Assembly: GCA_963718615.1 (NCBI GenBank)
Contig: OY970368.1
Location: 5,728,001 to 5,792,000 of the forward strand
Length of the DNA stretch: 64,000 nucleotides
Reading direction: 5' to 3'
Source: an uncultured cyanobacterium
Lineage (GTDB): Bacteria > Cyanobacteriota > Cyanobacteriia > PCC-9006 > JAAUQQ01
Under the pieces are notes generated by a model. It was given only the letters and a program-made list of their open reading frames with translations. It made no database searches and was not told the origin of the DNA. Below, piece by piece: positions 40,539-52,718 of this stretch. A program made the position numbers and the translations under genes. The stretch's first letter is position 1, and every line of letters begins with the position of its first letter.

Positions 40539-42596
40539 ATGAATCAGCTCACACCAGGGATCGATTTCGACACAGCCCTGTGTCAGAATCTGGCCGAGGC
40601 GGAAGCGCGGGAATGGTTGGTGACGAATGGCATTGGAGGCTATGCCTGCGGAACGGTGGCGGGGCTGTTGACGCGGCGGTATCACGGGTTACTGGTGGCG
40701 GCCCTGCGGCCTCCGGTGGAGCGATCGCTCCTCCTAACCAAACTCGAAGAAACCGCAGGCTACAACCAAAGGATTTATGAGCTCAGTACGAACCGCTGGG
40801 CCAGTGGCGCAATTCATCCTCAAGGCTATTTGCACCTAGAACGGTTCCATTTAGAAGGCACAATCCCTGTGTGGACCTACCGCCTTGCCGACGCCCAGCT
40901 CGAAAAGCGGGTGTGGATGGAGCAGGGCAAAAACACGACCCATGTGGCCTATCGGCTGGTTCAGGCCCGTCAGGCGCTTCAGCTCACGCTCAAAGCTCTA
41001 GTGAACTATCGGGATCACCATCACAACACAGAGCAACGGTTCGGAGCGCAAAATTGGCCGTTTGAGACCACTCTGCTGGATTCAGGGGTACGCGTGACGG
41101 CCTTCGAGGGGGCGGTGCCACTTTATGTGCGAGGGGCGGGAACTGTGCGGGGGGCGGGGACTGAGGTATCCGGCGTGCAGGTGTCGCTGGCGCGGGATTG
41201 GTATTTGGATTATGCGTTGGCGGTGGAGGGCGATCGCGGCCTCAATCCCCACGAAGACCACTACCACGCTGCAACGTTCCAACATTGGCTGCAGCCGGGA
41301 GAGACGTTCATCGTCGTCGCCAGTACCGAAGTCAAAGCGGCACCGGAGGCCGAGGCACTCCTGCGACAGCAGCGCCATGACGAAGGGTTACTCCAGCATT
41401 GGTTGACGGTTGAACCGGAAACTCCGGCTTGGGTGGCGCAGTTGGTCTTGGCCTCAGAGCAATTTTTGGTCAACCGACAACTTTCGGCAGACTGGCCCGG
41501 CGAACCTTGGATCGGGAAAAGCGTGATCGCGGGCTATCCCTGGTTTAGTGACTGGGGCCGGGACACGATGATTAGCCTACCGGGACTGACGCTGACGACC
41601 CATCGCCCGGAACTGGCGCGACCGATTTTGCGGACCTTTGCCCGCTATGTGGACCAGGGGATGCTGCCCAATGTCTTTCCCGATGGAGGCACGCCGCCCG
41701 CCTACAACACCGTCGATGCGACACTTTGGTATTTTGAGGCGATTCGCGCCTACCATGCCAAAACCCAAGAGGTCGGCCTGATTGAAGACTTGTTTCCGGT
41801 TCTGGCGGAGATTATCGACTGGCACCAGCGAGGCACCCGCCATCAGATTCACTTGGATAGCGATGGCTTACTTTATGCCGGAGAAGCGGGGGTTCAGCTC
41901 ACCTGGATGGATGCGAAGGTCGATGACTGGGTGGTGACCCCTCGAATGGGTAAGCCTGTAGAGATTAATGCCCTTTGGTACAACGCCCTGTGGATCATGG
42001 TGAAATTCGCTCAGTTGCTGGGTAAACCTAGGACTGTCTATCGGGAGTTGGCGATCGCCACCCAGCAAAACTTCCAACGCTTCTGGAGCAATGATTTAGG
42101 CCATTGCTACGACGTCCTAGACGGACCCGAGGGTGATGACGCGTCGCTGCGACCCAATCAACTGTTTGCGATTGCTTTACCCCTAGGCTTGCGCCATCGG
42201 CGACCGTTGCTGAGTGGGGTGCAGGAGCAGGCGATCGTGGAGGTTTGTCAGCGGCAGTTGTTGACGGGGTATGGGTTGCGATCCCTAGCCCCCAGCCATC
42301 CGGATTATCAGGGTCATTATGGGGGAGGATTGCGCGATCGCGACGGAGCCTATCACCAGGGAACCGTCTGGGGTTGGCTGATGGGGCCGTTTGTCCAGGC
42401 TCATCTCAAGGTCTATCAAGATAAGGCAGCAGCAAGGCGATTTTTAGAGCCGTTGGCTGTGCATCTGATGACGGGCTGTGTGGGACAACTCAGCGAAATT
42501 TTTGAGGGGGATGCCCCCCATGCTCCCAAGGGAGCCTTTGCACAAGCCTGGACCGTGGCGGAGGTCCTGCGGGCCTGGGCGTTGACTCGCGGTTAG
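40539..42596 (+). CDS. Amylo-alpha-1,6-glucosidase (glycogen debranching enzyme)
   Basis: EWLVTNGIGGYA, AGYPWFSDWGRDTMI, TWMDAK, RPNQ and QAWTVAE. Confidence 0.92.
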   Translation: MNQLTPGIDFDTALCQNLAEAEAREWLVTNGIGGYACGTVAGLLTRRYHGLLVAALRPPVERSLLLTKLEETAGYNQRIYELSTNRWASGAIHPQGYLHLERFHLEGTIPVWTYRLADAQLEKRVWMEQGKNTTHVAYRLVQARQALQLTLKALVNYRDHHHNTEQRFGAQNWPFETTLLDSGVRVTAFEGAVPLYVRGAGTVRGAGTEVSGVQVSLARDWYLDYALAVEGDRGLNPHEDHYHAATFQHWLQPGETFIVVASTEVKAAPEAEALLRQQRHDEGLLQHWLTVEPETPAWVAQLVLASEQFLVNRQLSADWPGEPWIGKSVIAGYPWFSDWGRDTMISLPGLTLTTHRPELARPILRTFARYVDQGMLPNVFPDGGTPPAYNTVDATLWYFEAIRAYHAKTQEVGLIEDLFPVLAEIIDWHQRGTRHQIHLDSDGLLYAGEAGVQLTWMDAKVDDWVVTPRMGKPVEINALWYNALWIMVKFAQLLGKPRTVYRELAIATQQNFQRFWSNDLGHCYDVLDGPEGDDASLRPNQLFAIALPLGLRHRRPLLSGVQEQAIVEVCQRQLLTGYGLRSLAPSHPDYQGHYGGGLRDRDGAYHQGTVWGWLMGPFVQAHLKVYQDKAAARRFLEPLAVHLMTGCVGQLSEIFEGDAPHAPKGAFAQAWTVAEVLRAWALTRG

Positions 42597-42602
42597 CCTA
42601 GG

Positions 42603-45245
42603 TTAGCCTAGGGTCGACTCCAGTTGCTGTTGCGCTGTGGCGATCGCCTCTGGCAACTTGCTCGCATCCCGGCCCCCCGCTTGGGCAAAATTAGGCCGTC
42701 CCCCGCCACCGCCACCACAAATCTGAGCAATGCCGCCAATAAACTTACCCGCTTGTAATCCCGCTTCATTCACGGGCTTAGTAAACGCTGCAACTAAACT
42801 CACCTTGCCATCAGCCAAGGCTGAACCCAGGACAACTGCACCCGTATCGCCGAGTTTTTGTAGCAACCGTTCTGCGGCGGTTTGGAGCGACTTTGGATCA
42901 ACTCCATCCAGTTGTGCCACCAAGATCTTAAACTTGCCAAGGGGTTGGGCTTGGGACAGAAGGCTATCGGACTTGGCGATCGCCAGCTCGGATTTTACGG
43001 TCTCCAATTCCTTCTGGGTGGTTTTGAGTTCCTCCTGAATGGCGGTAACGCGACCGGCAATTTCCTCCGGTTTGGCTTTGAAGCGATCGCCCAACTCCTT
43101 CACCACCGCCTCACGCACATTCAGATAATCCAACACCGCTGGACCCGACACGGCCTCAATCCGCCGCACGCCGGAGGAAATACCCGCTTCAGAGATAATT
43201 TTGAACACCCCAATCTCAGCGGTATTGGCCACATGGGTACCGCCGCACAGCTCCATGGAGACGCCGGGAAAATCGACGACGCGGACGGTCTCGCCGTACT
43301 TTTCGCCAAACATCGCCGTGGCGCCCTTGGCCTTGGCTTCGGCGATGGGCATTTCGGCCACATCGGCGCTGTGGGCTTCGGCGATCCAGGTGTTGATCTG
43401 GGCTTCGAGTTGCTGGAGTTCTGCCGGTGTCACCGCACGGTTAAGGTTAAAGTCGAACCGGAGGCGATCGAAATTCACCAGGGAGCCCGCCTGGGAAATG
43501 CTCTCATCGACGATTTGCTTCAGCGCCGCCTGGAGTAAGTGAGTGGCCGAGTGGTTGGCCTGGGAGCGACGGCGGCAGGCGCGATCGATTTGGGCCGTAA
43601 CGGTTTCCCCCACGTTCAGGCTGCCCCGCTCCACATGACCCGCATGGACAAAGGTGTTGCCTTCTTTTTGAACGTCGTCGATGCGGACGATGAGGTCTTC
43701 GCCCCCGGCGGCGTTGGTGAAATAGCCGCGATCGCCAATTTGTCCTCCGGACTCCGCATAGAACGGCGTTTGGTCCAAGACGATTTGAACCGCCGAACCC
43801 GCTGTAGCCAATTTTGCTTCCCGTTCCTCGACAAACAAATCTGTGACCAGAGCCGTACTGCTGACTTCGCCATAGCCCAGGAACGCTGTTACTTCGGTGC
43901 GGGCCGAGAGCTTTTTGACATCGGACTGCTGGGTCAGATCAATCTCCTCCTGAGCGTTGGAAATCCCCGCATGTTCCGCCATGGCCGCTTCGTACCCAGC
44001 CAAATCAACGCTGTAGCCCTGTTCCTCGGCAATTTCCTGGGTCAGCTCCACGGGGAAACCGTAGGTCGCAAACAGCTTAAATGTCACGTCACCGGGAATT
44101 GCCTTAACTGAAGCGTCAAGCTGGGCCATTTCTTCTGCCAACAGCTTTTCGCCCCGTTCCAGGGTCTTGAGGAACTGCTGTTCTTCGTGGGCGAGGGCGT
44201 CTTTGATCGCTTTTTCCCGTTCCCGCAGATTGGGGTAGGTTTTTTCCATCAGGGCGATCGCACTCTCCGCCACTTCGACAATAAAAGGCCGCTCAATCCC
44301 CAACAGTCGCCCATGGCGCACCACCCGCCGAATCAGCCGCCGCAGAATATAGCCCCGGCCCAGGTTCGACGCCGTCACCCCATCGGCAATCAAATGGGTC
44401 ACCGCCCGGACGTGGTCGCCAATGACTTTGTAGGAGGTTTTCTGGGTTTCATTGGCCTTGCCGTAGGGGAGGCCAGCAACGCTCGCTGCCGCTTCAATGA
44501 TCGGGAAGATTAAATCCGTTTCGTAGTTATTGGGCTTTTGCTGGAGAATTTGGGCCATGCGCTCCAGCCCCATGCCCGTGTCAATGTTTTGCTTCTCCAG
44601 GGGCGTCAAATGGCCCTCGGCGTCCTTGTTGAACTGCATGAACACCAAGTTATAAAACTCAATAAACCGGGTGTCGTCCTCCAGGTCGATCGCCTGGTCG
44701 CCCCGTTCCGGATGGAAATCGTAATAAATCTCTGAACAAGGCCCACAGGGACCCGTCGGACCCGACTCCCAGAAATTGTCCGCGGCCCCCATGCGCTTGA
44801 TGTGGGTTTCCGGCACGCCGATCTGGTCCCGCCAGAGGCGATAGGCTTCGTCGTCTGTTTCAAAAACACTCACCACCAGCCGCTCCTTGGGCAGTTTAAA
44901 CACTTCCGTGGAAAGCTCCCAGGCCCAGGCGATCGCCTCCCGCTTGAAATAGTCCCCAAAACTAAAATTGCCCAACATCTCAAAAAACGTATGGTGCCGC
45001 GCCGTCCGCCCGACGTTCTCGATGTCATTGGTGCGAATACATTTTTGCGACGTCGTAGCGCGGGGGACCTCTGCTTTGCGCTGGCCGAGAAAAATCGGCT
45101 TGAACTGGAGCATCCCCGCGATCGTCAGTAAAACCGTCGGATCCTCCGGCACCAGCGAGGCGCTCGGCAACGGCTTGTGGGCCTTAGCAATGTAGAAATC
45201 GAGAAAGGTTTGCCGAATGCGATCGCCGCTGAAGGGGGTAGCCAT
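42603..45245 (-). CDS. alaS: Alanine--tRNA ligase
   Basis: [28 protein letters not shown], editing motifs HSATH and ELCGGTH, and GGGGG DHHA1 domain. Confidence 0.97.
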   Translation of the reverse strand: MATPFSGDRIRQTFLDFYIAKAHKPLPSASLVPEDPTVLLTIAGMLQFKPIFLGQRKAEVPRATTSQKCIRTNDIENVGRTARHHTFFEMLGNFSFGDYFKREAIAWAWELSTEVFKLPKERLVVSVFETDDEAYRLWRDQIGVPETHIKRMGAADNFWESGPTGPCGPCSEIYYDFHPERGDQAIDLEDDTRFIEFYNLVFMQFNKDAEGHLTPLEKQNIDTGMGLERMAQILQQKPNNYETDLIFPIIEAAASVAGLPYGKANETQKTSYKVIGDHVRAVTHLIADGVTASNLGRGYILRRLIRRVVRHGRLLGIERPFIVEVAESAIALMEKTYPNLREREKAIKDALAHEEQQFLKTLERGEKLLAEEMAQLDASVKAIPGDVTFKLFATYGFPVELTQEIAEEQGYSVDLAGYEAAMAEHAGISNAQEEIDLTQQSDVKKLSARTEVTAFLGYGEVSSTALVTDLFVEEREAKLATAGSAVQIVLDQTPFYAESGGQIGDRGYFTNAAGGEDLIVRIDDVQKEGNTFVHAGHVERGSLNVGETVTAQIDRACRRRSQANHSATHLLQAALKQIVDESISQAGSLVNFDRLRFDFNLNRAVTPAELQQLEAQINTWIAEAHSADVAEMPIAEAKAKGATAMFGEKYGETVRVVDFPGVSMELCGGTHVANTAEIGVFKIISEAGISSGVRRIEAVSGPAVLDYLNVREAVVKELGDRFKAKPEEIAGRVTAIQEELKTTQKELETVKSELAIAKSDSLLSQAQPLGKFKILVAQLDGVDPKSLQTAAERLLQKLGDTGAVVLGSALADGKVSLVAAFTKPVNEAGLQAGKFIGGIAQICGGGGGGRPNFAQAGGRDASKLPEAIATAQQQLESTLG

Positions 45246-45643
45246 TGGGGGATAAGGATTGAAACACAAGCTTGGACAATGTACCCCACTATTATGTCGG
45301 TCGACCCGGCCTCATCGCTACCGCCTCTCTTTGGGCCTGTAAATCTATAGCCAGGGAAAAATAAAGAAATGCAATGATCAAGATCACCAGGATTTCCGGA
45401 TTCCTGCGGATATTTTGTGAACTTTTGGAGAAGTGGGAACACTCTAGGTGTAGGGTGACTCCCCCTACAATGGTAGAAACTCCCTCAGCAGAGAGCGATT
45501 CATGCTTTTTCCGTCCTTGACGGTCTCCCCTTTCCGCCCGATGCCCTATAGCAGGGTTGAAGGCGGTTTGTGTTGTTGAATGGCTGCTTCAGTGTGTTGC
45601 AAGTTCTCTACGCACTCGGTTGTTAAACGGTTTAGAGTCACGC

Positions 45644-46621
45644 ATGGACCACTCCATCCTTATTGTTGGCGATCCAGCTTTTCGCTTGATGATTCAAGGG
45701 AGCGTGGGTTCTCTCGGCGCGGTTAACCTAGTTTATGCGGAGGATTGCATCCAGGCAGGGTTATCGATGCAGGCCAATCAGCCTGACTTGATGGTTTTAC
45801 AGGTGGACCCCCTCTCTGAGATCGAAGCCTGTTTGCATCTCAAGGAGCGCAATCGGTTTCGCTGGGTTTATATTTTGGCGATCGAAGGCTGTTGTCTCTC
45901 CCAGGGGGGTGTTCAGCGTTCGGAGCTAGAGCGCAATCAACGGGCTGCTGCCATGGTGCAGGCCGGGGCCGATACCTATTTGTGGCTGACGGGAATGGTT
46001 CAAGGGGACCAAATCATGCTGCAGCCCGAAGCGCAAGCCCTGTTGGAAGCCCAGATGAAAGTTGGCATGACGAGCGTCAAGCGCTACCGAGAGCTTTTGC
46101 AAACCAATGACTTATTGTCCACGATCGCCCTCATCGATCCGCTGACGGAATTGAGCAACCGGCGGGCGCTGGATTGGGATTTACCTCGGCAGATTAAGCG
46201 ATCGCGCGATCGCAACCGCCCCCTCAGCCTGATGATTTTTGACCTAGATTTTTTCAAGGGCATCAACGATAACTACGGTCACCTCGTCGGCGATGTTTCC
46301 CTCAAACTGCTCTCGGCGCGGCTCCGTCACAACCTGCGTTCCAACGACACCCTCTTTCGCTATGGCGGCGAAGAATTTGTGGTGATTTTGAGTGATACCC
46401 ATGCGCCCGAAGCCGGAGAAATTGGCCAGCGGCTTTGCCGGATGATCAGCAGTCAAGCCTTTACGATCAACGACGATCTAGAGCTTTCCCTCACCGTCAG
46501 CGTCGGGGTTGCGTACCTCCAGGAGGGGGATGACCCCCAGGGACTCACCTTACTCGAACGGGCCGATCGCCGTTTGAGGCAAGCCAAGCAAAATGGACGC
46601 AACCGCGTGGTGACCCACTGA
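45644..46621 (+). CDS. Diguanylate cyclase with degenerate receiver-like N-domain
   Basis: DPLTELSNRR, DLDFFKGIND.YGH, RSND I-site and RYGGEEF. The N-domain lacks canonical REC acidic residues. Confidence 0.9.
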   Translation: MDHSILIVGDPAFRLMIQGSVGSLGAVNLVYAEDCIQAGLSMQANQPDLMVLQVDPLSEIEACLHLKERNRFRWVYILAIEGCCLSQGGVQRSELERNQRAAAMVQAGADTYLWLTGMVQGDQIMLQPEAQALLEAQMKVGMTSVKRYRELLQTNDLLSTIALIDPLTELSNRRALDWDLPRQIKRSRDRNRPLSLMIFDLDFFKGINDNYGHLVGDVSLKLLSARLRHNLRSNDTLFRYGGEEFVVILSDTHAPEAGEIGQRLCRMISSQAFTINDDLELSLTVSVGVAYLQEGDDPQGLTLLERADRRLRQAKQNGRNRVVTH

Positions 46622-46674
46622 GTGTGACCCACTGAGTGTGACTCACTGAGCGTGACTGACTGGGCTGTAACCCG

Positions 46675-47154
46675 CTAGTCGTGGTGGATTTGCAGATTGA
46701 GCTGATAGCGCCCCATGGGCACCCGATTGGCCCAGAGTTCGTATTCCACCGCAAGGTGGGTCGGTAAAGGATCGCCGGTAAAGCTCAGGTGGCGCGTAAA
46801 GTTGCGCAACCGCACTTGTCCCCCTTGCCCAAGGGCTTCATCCTGGAGCCAATAGCGGCTCATGCCGTAAATGCCTCGCTCTAGCCAATGGCGATAGCTA
46901 AATTTGCCATTGCTTTGCATGGTCATGATCAGTCGATAGGGCGAAATCTCTAGCCAGAGCAGCCTGGGCTGGGCCACTGTGTTCAAGGTGGAAGCCCCAA
47001 ACTCTACCTCGGGTAAGGGTGGCTCGGTCAACAGCAAATGAAAACAATCGGCGGACTTTTGATAGAGGGTGGCAGCCGTGTCTACCTGATTACAGAGGGA
47101 AAGATCCGAGGAACTCAGAGAAAGGCTAATGGGCTTACGAGGATACGTGATCAT
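46675..47154 (-). CDS. Hypothetical protein
   Basis: ORF with LLWLEISPYR, SYRHW and LRNFTR motifs; start taken as MITYP. Confidence 0.72.
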   Translation of the reverse strand: MITYPRKPISLSLSSSDLSLCNQVDTAATLYQKSADCFHLLLTEPPLPEVEFGASTLNTVAQPRLLWLEISPYRLIMTMQSNGKFSYRHWLERGIYGMSRYWLQDEALGQGGQVRLRNFTRHLSFTGDPLPTHLAVEYELWANRVPMGRYQLNLQIHHD

Positions 47155-47338
47155 AAACGATGGCGCGATAGGCGGTAGCGCGAGAGGATGCAAGCAGCAA
47201 CTAGCCAAGCCTGCTTGAGGCATATGCAATGGAGTCCCTTCCGGTGAGGGGCGACCCGGAATGGGACAAATTCGTAACTGGGCGTGGTGGATGAGGGCAA
47301 AAACGGTAGGATGGCTACCGTCACCTCAGTCTAGCCCA

Positions 47339-48688
47339 ATGGTTACTCCCCTCGTCCTGCTCAAAAACACTGAACATCATACGACTTTAAGGCTTTCTCC
47401 CCCGACCTCTGGTCTCGTTATCAAAGGAAAAATTCACATTCCTGGGGATAAGTCGATTTCCCATCGGGCTTTGATGCTGGGCGCACTGGCCACAGGCGTA
47501 ACTGAGATTGAAGGGCTTTTGGTGGGTGAGGATCCCCAAAGCACGGCGAAATGCTTTCGGGCCATGGGGGTAGAGATTTCGGAGCTCAATCCAACCCATG
47601 TGACGGTCCGGGGTTTGGGCTTGGGGAATTTGCGAGAGCCCATGACGGTTTTGGACGCGGGGAATTCAGGCACGACGATGCGGCTGATGCTGGGAATTTT
47701 GGCCTCCCATCGGGACCGTTTTTTTACGGTGACGGGGGATGATTCCTTGCGATCGCGCCCCATGTCCCGCGTGGTCAAACCGCTTCAGCAAATGCAGGCA
47801 CAAATCTGGGGCCGTCAAAACAATTCCCTCGCCCCCTTGGCGGTTCAAGGCCGGACGCTGACGCCGATTCATTATCAATCACCGATCGCCTCTGCCCAGG
47901 TCAAATCCTGCATTTTGCTGGCGGGACTGCTAACACCGGGCCAAACCACGGTGACGGAACCCCACCTTTCCCGTGACCACAGCGAACGCATGCTGCAAGC
48001 CTTTGGGGCGGAGCTCAGCGTCGATCCGGAAACCTGTAGCGTGACGGTGACGGGGCCAACGCAGTTAGTGGGTCAAAACGTGATCGTACCGGGAGATATT
48101 AGCTCGGCGGCGTTTTGGCTGGTGGCGGCGAGCATTGTGCCGGGGTCGGATTTGGTAATTGAAAATGTCGGGGTGAATCCCACGCGCACCGGCATCCTGG
48201 AAGCCCTCCAGCAGATGGAGGCGAATATTGAACGGCTCAACGAACGGACGGTGGCCGGGGAGCCCGTGGCGGATCTACGGGTGCGCTATGGGCCGCTGAA
48301 AGCCTGCGAGATTGGCGGTGAGATTATTCCTCGGTTGATTGATGAAATCCCGATTTTGGCGGTGGCAGCGGCCTTTGCCACGGGAACGACGGTGATTAAG
48401 GATGCGGCGGAGTTGCGGGTGAAGGAGAGCGATCGCCTCGCTGTCATGGCCAGTGAACTGCAAAAAATGGGAGCCCGAGTGGTCGAACATCCCGATGGCT
48501 TAGAAATTACTGGGGGAACACCGCTGCAAGGGGCGGAGGTGGATAGCTATACGGATCATCGAATTGCCATGAGTTTGGCGATCGCCGCCCTCAACGCCCA
48601 AGGCCCCACCACCATTGGCCGCGCTGAAGCCGCCGCCATCTCCTATCCCAATTTCGTTGAAACCCTGGAAACAATCTGCCAAATTTAA
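47339..48688 (+). CDS. aroA: EPSP synthase (class II)
   Basis: [31 protein letters not shown] and DHRIAM. Confidence 0.96.
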   Translation: MVTPLVLLKNTEHHTTLRLSPPTSGLVIKGKIHIPGDKSISHRALMLGALATGVTEIEGLLVGEDPQSTAKCFRAMGVEISELNPTHVTVRGLGLGNLREPMTVLDAGNSGTTMRLMLGILASHRDRFFTVTGDDSLRSRPMSRVVKPLQQMQAQIWGRQNNSLAPLAVQGRTLTPIHYQSPIASAQVKSCILLAGLLTPGQTTVTEPHLSRDHSERMLQAFGAELSVDPETCSVTVTGPTQLVGQNVIVPGDISSAAFWLVAASIVPGSDLVIENVGVNPTRTGILEALQQMEANIERLNERTVAGEPVADLRVRYGPLKACEIGGEIIPRLIDEIPILAVAAAFATGTTVIKDAAELRVKESDRLAVMASELQKMGARVVEHPDGLEITGGTPLQGAEVDSYTDHRIAMSLAIAALNAQGPTTIGRAEAAAISYPNFVETLETICQI

Positions 48689-48707
48689 TCTGCCAAATTT
48701 AATCGGT

Positions 48708-49649
48708 TTATTCCATCTGGGCAAGGCTCATGCGGCTTTTTTGATCCTTAATACCAAGCAACATATCCAGCTTCTGCAAAAATTCGTCCGTTAGCTTCAC
48801 AAACGCCTTGGAGCCCGACGACCCCGGATTCGCCAAAACTACAGGCTTAAAGCTATCCACGGCCCGTGATACCTGAATATCGTTCGGAATTTGGGTTTTG
48901 AACATTTGCTGTTCGCTAAACTCCTGCTGCACCCGCTGCATCACCTGGTTGTAATAGCGACTGCTAAAGAGATTGCCGGACATGGTAAAGACAATCCCGA
49001 GGAGCTGAATATTAAGCGGCTGAATGTCTTCATAGCCCTGACGCAGGCGTTCGATCCGTCGCTGCAAGAGCTGAATCCCGGCGATCGACAGGGGTTCTGG
49101 TTTGGCCGGAAGAATATAAAAATCACTAGCCACAAAGCTGCTGCGCGTCAGCAGGTTATATCCCGGTGCGCAGTCCAAAATAATGAAATCGTAATTCTGG
49201 GCAATGGGTTTGAGAATCCCGCTCACCAACGTCCGCTCAAAATTGCTCCAAGCCGTCTGAAAATCTTTATGGTCCTCGTCCTCATTGGCCCGCTGATGGA
49301 GCACGGAGGAGACCATGTAATCATCGTAAAGATCCAAATCCCCCGGCAGCAGATCGAGCCCCTTGAGCCCACAGACATAGGGGTTGATGACTTCTAGCGT
49401 CGTGCGGATCTTCTCTACCTTGGGATCCACCATCTGTGTGATAAGGTGACGCAGGGTGCGGCGGTCCTTGCGACACTTGACAAAATCCTGGGGAGACATG
49501 AGGCTCAAGGTAGCACTGATTTGGGTATCCAAATCGACGACCAAAACCCGCTTGCCATGATTTTGAACGAGGCTGGTGGCCAAGTTCACACAAAGGGTGG
49601 TCTTGCCGACCCCGCCTTTCATATTCGTGGTTGCGATGATGTGCGCCAT
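48708..49649 (-). CDS. ParA-family ATPase
   Basis: KGGVGKTT, VVDLDTQ and ILDCAP; no parB nearby. Confidence 0.9.
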   Translation of the reverse strand: MAHIIATTNMKGGVGKTTLCVNLATSLVQNHGKRVLVVDLDTQISATLSLMSPQDFVKCRKDRRTLRHLITQMVDPKVEKIRTTLEVINPYVCGLKGLDLLPGDLDLYDDYMVSSVLHQRANEDEDHKDFQTAWSNFERTLVSGILKPIAQNYDFIILDCAPGYNLLTRSSFVASDFYILPAKPEPLSIAGIQLLQRRIERLRQGYEDIQPLNIQLLGIVFTMSGNLFSSRYYNQVMQRVQQEFSEQQMFKTQIPNDIQVSRAVDSFKPVVLANPGSSGSKAFVKLTDEFLQKLDMLLGIKDQKSRMSLAQME

Positions 49650-49811
49650 GGTCTTATCTTCCCGTGTTGCGGTCAATATAGCAGTTTTATCGGGCGTTCT
49701 TGACAGTGGACCTGGGCGAGGGAGAGTGCATAAGGCGGATTTTCCATGGGGAAATTACAGGCAATCCGTCCCAAAACGAGTAAACAAATGTAAGGTTCTT
49801 CAATCGCAACC

Positions 49812-50744
49812 GTGAAGCATCGAGCCCCTCGCAATCGCACCTTAACGGTTACTGAAACGGAGATTGAAGTCCTGCGTCAGTTCCTGGGGCAGCTCACAAC
49901 GGCGGTGCCGCTGGAGGCGATCGCAAACGGGGGCGATCGCCTCTTCCACCAGGATATTTTCGACGCCTTGCCCCATTTGCCCAGTGGGTTTGTTGATCTG
50001 CTGGTGTTAGATCCGCCCTACAACCTGACCAAATCCTTTAATAGCAATACGTTTCACGAGCGATCGCCCCTGGCCTACCGAGATTGGTTCCAGGCTTGGT
50101 TTAGGCCGCTGCTCAGGGTGCTGAAGCCGACGGCATCGGTTTATGTCTGTGGGGATTGGCGATCGTCGGGCATCCTGCAACCGCTGCTGGAGGAGACGCT
50201 GGTTCTGCACAATCGCATTACCTGGGAGCGAGAAAAGGGGCGGGGCGCTCAGCACAACTGGAAAAATTGCTCGGAGGATATTTGGTTTTGTACCGTCTCC
50301 GAGCAATACACCTTCAACGCAGAGGCGGTGCGGCTCAAACGGCGGGTCTTGGCTCCCTACACGACGGACCAGAAACAGCCCAAGGATTGGGTGCATACGG
50401 ATCAGGGCAACTATCGGCTCACCTGCGCCTCAAATCTTTGGACTGATTTAACGGTGCCCTTTTGGTCGATGCCCGAGAATACTGACCATCCCACCCAGAA
50501 ACCCGAAAAGCTTTTAGCCAAGATTATCCTGGCCAGCTCCAATCCTGGTGATTGGGTGTTGGATCCATTTTTGGGCTCGGGAACAACTGCCGTGGTGGCA
50601 AAGAAGCTGGGGCGTCGCTACATCGGCATTGAGCAGGATTTGACCTATTGCTGTTTGGCCCAGAAACGCCTATACCTTGCCGAAGCCCATCCTGAAATCC
50701 AAGGCTACAGTGACGGAATCTTCTGGGACCGCAACGCCCCGTAG
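49812..50744 (+). CDS. Orphan beta-class N6A/N4C DNA methyltransferase
   Basis: DPPY precedes HPTQKP and DPFLGSGT; no adjacent restriction endonuclease. Confidence 0.9.
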   Translation: MKHRAPRNRTLTVTETEIEVLRQFLGQLTTAVPLEAIANGGDRLFHQDIFDALPHLPSGFVDLLVLDPPYNLTKSFNSNTFHERSPLAYRDWFQAWFRPLLRVLKPTASVYVCGDWRSSGILQPLLEETLVLHNRITWEREKGRGAQHNWKNCSEDIWFCTVSEQYTFNAEAVRLKRRVLAPYTTDQKQPKDWVHTDQGNYRLTCASNLWTDLTVPFWSMPENTDHPTQKPEKLLAKIILASSNPGDWVLDPFLGSGTTAVVAKKLGRRYIGIEQDLTYCCLAQKRLYLAEAHPEIQGYSDGIFWDRNAP

Positions 50745-50806
50745 GGACGAACGGCAGTTCGTCCTGCCTGCCGCGTTTGTCTGTCCCCAAGACCTCCTAG
50801 AACGCC

Positions 50807-52450
50807 CTAGGACAACTGGGTGACGATTTGGTCATCGATCAGCGTATTCAGCGTCAGCACATCCTCCACCGTCATGCGCAGGAAGCGATCGCCATCCACC
50901 CGAAAAAACACCTGCACCCGATCGACCCCTGGATTTCCCGGCGGATTGAGCGGAATCACCCGCGCCCCTTCCCGGTCATTGAGGGACTTGACGGCAGACT
51001 GTCCTGGGGTGAGATTGCGAGTAATCAGGCGATCGCCATCAAAATAAACCTCTGTCGTACTGGTCTCCTTGCCCAGCTCCCCCAGCACCACCTCGATCGC
51101 CGGTTGATTGTCCGTGGAAGCCCCAAACATCAGCATCACGGGTTCGGCCATGGGGTAGGCTTGCCCCGCTTGGATAATGGGATGCCAATCGTGGCGCTGG
51201 TTGCGGTGATTCCAGTAGCGGATACCGTAGCTGTGGTAGAGAAAATCCTTGATTTCAACCCCGCGATCGAGCTGGAGCGCCCCCTGGGCAATGGCTTCGA
51301 AGGGGCGATCGCTACGAATTTTGGTTTCATCAAAGTAGCGCTTGACCCAAGCTTGAACCGCCGGAATCTGACTCGTCCCCCCCACCAAGAGCACCCCTTC
51401 AATATCCTGCGCCTCCAATCCCTGGCGACGCCCCTGCTGGAGCACCTGGAGCATGGCTTCGTCCAGCTGCGTAAAAAAGTCCCGTTCCCGCAGCAAATCC
51501 TCGAACTGGCTGCGTGTCATCTCGAACGTATAGCTCTCAAAATTATCTTCGTCGAAATAGGTTTCCTGGGCCTGGGTCTGGTTCGAGAGCTGAATCTTCA
51601 GCCGCTCCGCCAGCCGCGTCAGTAAGGGCGTTTTCGGGCAGTCATAGGTTTTAACCAGCCAGTCCGCCACCCAACCATCCAGGTCCGTCCCTCCCAGATT
51701 TTGACCGGCTTTGCCCAAAACCTTGGCCGTCTGCACCTTCTGCCCCGATTTTTCCGCAAAGGACTGCTGGCCCCACTTGAGGACAAAGCCAATCGGCGTT
51801 TTTTTCTGGAGGCGATCGAGCTGCACTAGGGACAGATCCAGCGTGCCACCGCCAAAATCGATGACGAGGAGGCGATCGCAATCGCTCATCCCGTAGCCCA
51901 ACGCTGCCGCCGTGGGCTCATCCAGCATCCGCACCTGCTCGACCTTGGCCCCCTGGACCACCCCGCCCAGCCAGTGGCGATAAATTTCAAAACTATCCAC
52001 CGGCACCGTCAACACTAAGGAATCTAAGGGCAGTGGCACCTGCTCGATGGCGCTCAACACCCGCCGCAAAAACAGGTCTCCCACCTGCTCAAACGTCATC
52101 GCCTGACCATCCAGTTCCGGGAGAAACCCCTGGACCGACGAGCCAATGCCCCGCTTAAAGCCTCGGAAAAAACGGGGAGAATTTTTGAGATCGAGACCGC
52201 GATCGCGCACCTCTTGCCCCACCCAAACCACTCGTTCCGTGGATTCTGCCGGTCTTGTATCCACCGTGTCTATTGCGTCTCCCGCCTCTATTGCCAGGGA
52301 TTGTACATAGGCCAAGCTAGGAATCAGCGGCGGATTGCCCGCTTGACTCACGCTCAGACCGGGCAAAGCGAGGGTTTCCGGTTGCTGCGTCACGGCATTC
52401 CAGCGGGCAACGACGGTATTGCTGGTCCCAAAATCAATGGCGAGGGTCAT
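50807..52450 (-). CDS. Hsp70-family protein (atypical)
   Basis: AIDFGTSNT, DEPTAAALGY, DFGGGTLD and LLVGGTS. Confidence 0.9.
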   Translation of the reverse strand: MTLAIDFGTSNTVVARWNAVTQQPETLALPGLSVSQAGNPPLIPSLAYVQSLAIEAGDAIDTVDTRPAESTERVVWVGQEVRDRGLDLKNSPRFFRGFKRGIGSSVQGFLPELDGQAMTFEQVGDLFLRRVLSAIEQVPLPLDSLVLTVPVDSFEIYRHWLGGVVQGAKVEQVRMLDEPTAAALGYGMSDCDRLLVIDFGGGTLDLSLVQLDRLQKKTPIGFVLKWGQQSFAEKSGQKVQTAKVLGKAGQNLGGTDLDGWVADWLVKTYDCPKTPLLTRLAERLKIQLSNQTQAQETYFDEDNFESYTFEMTRSQFEDLLRERDFFTQLDEAMLQVLQQGRRQGLEAQDIEGVLLVGGTSQIPAVQAWVKRYFDETKIRSDRPFEAIAQGALQLDRGVEIKDFLYHSYGIRYWNHRNQRHDWHPIIQAGQAYPMAEPVMLMFGASTDNQPAIEVVLGELGKETSTTEVYFDGDRLITRNLTPGQSAVKSLNDREGARVIPLNPPGNPGVDRVQVFFRVDGDRFLRMTVEDVLTLNTLIDDQIVTQLS

Positions 52451-52718
52451 TCGTAAACGTAGAAAAAACTAAAGAAAGTTAACGATCTCGTTACAAAGCT
52501 GCGAGGGCGATCGCCCGTGCTTTCGTCATTTTGGGACATTTCTGGAAGCCTTGACGAAACACTTTTTAAGAAAGCCATAATCCGCGTTAACTCTTCTTGC
52601 GTTTCATCGGTATTTCCTAAGCCATGAGGTATCAATGAAACAGTTGCCAGAAACAGTTGCCACCGTTTGCATTCGCTTGCAATCGACTCCTCAAACCTAA
52701 TTTTGAGACGAAGGGCCT

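Noticed and set aside
50807-52450. Atypical Hsp70 as the dedicated partner of the island J-domain protein
   Set aside because: It lies in core-like, HIP1-rich sequence on the other side of rpoZ and the tRNA; proximity alone is not evidence.
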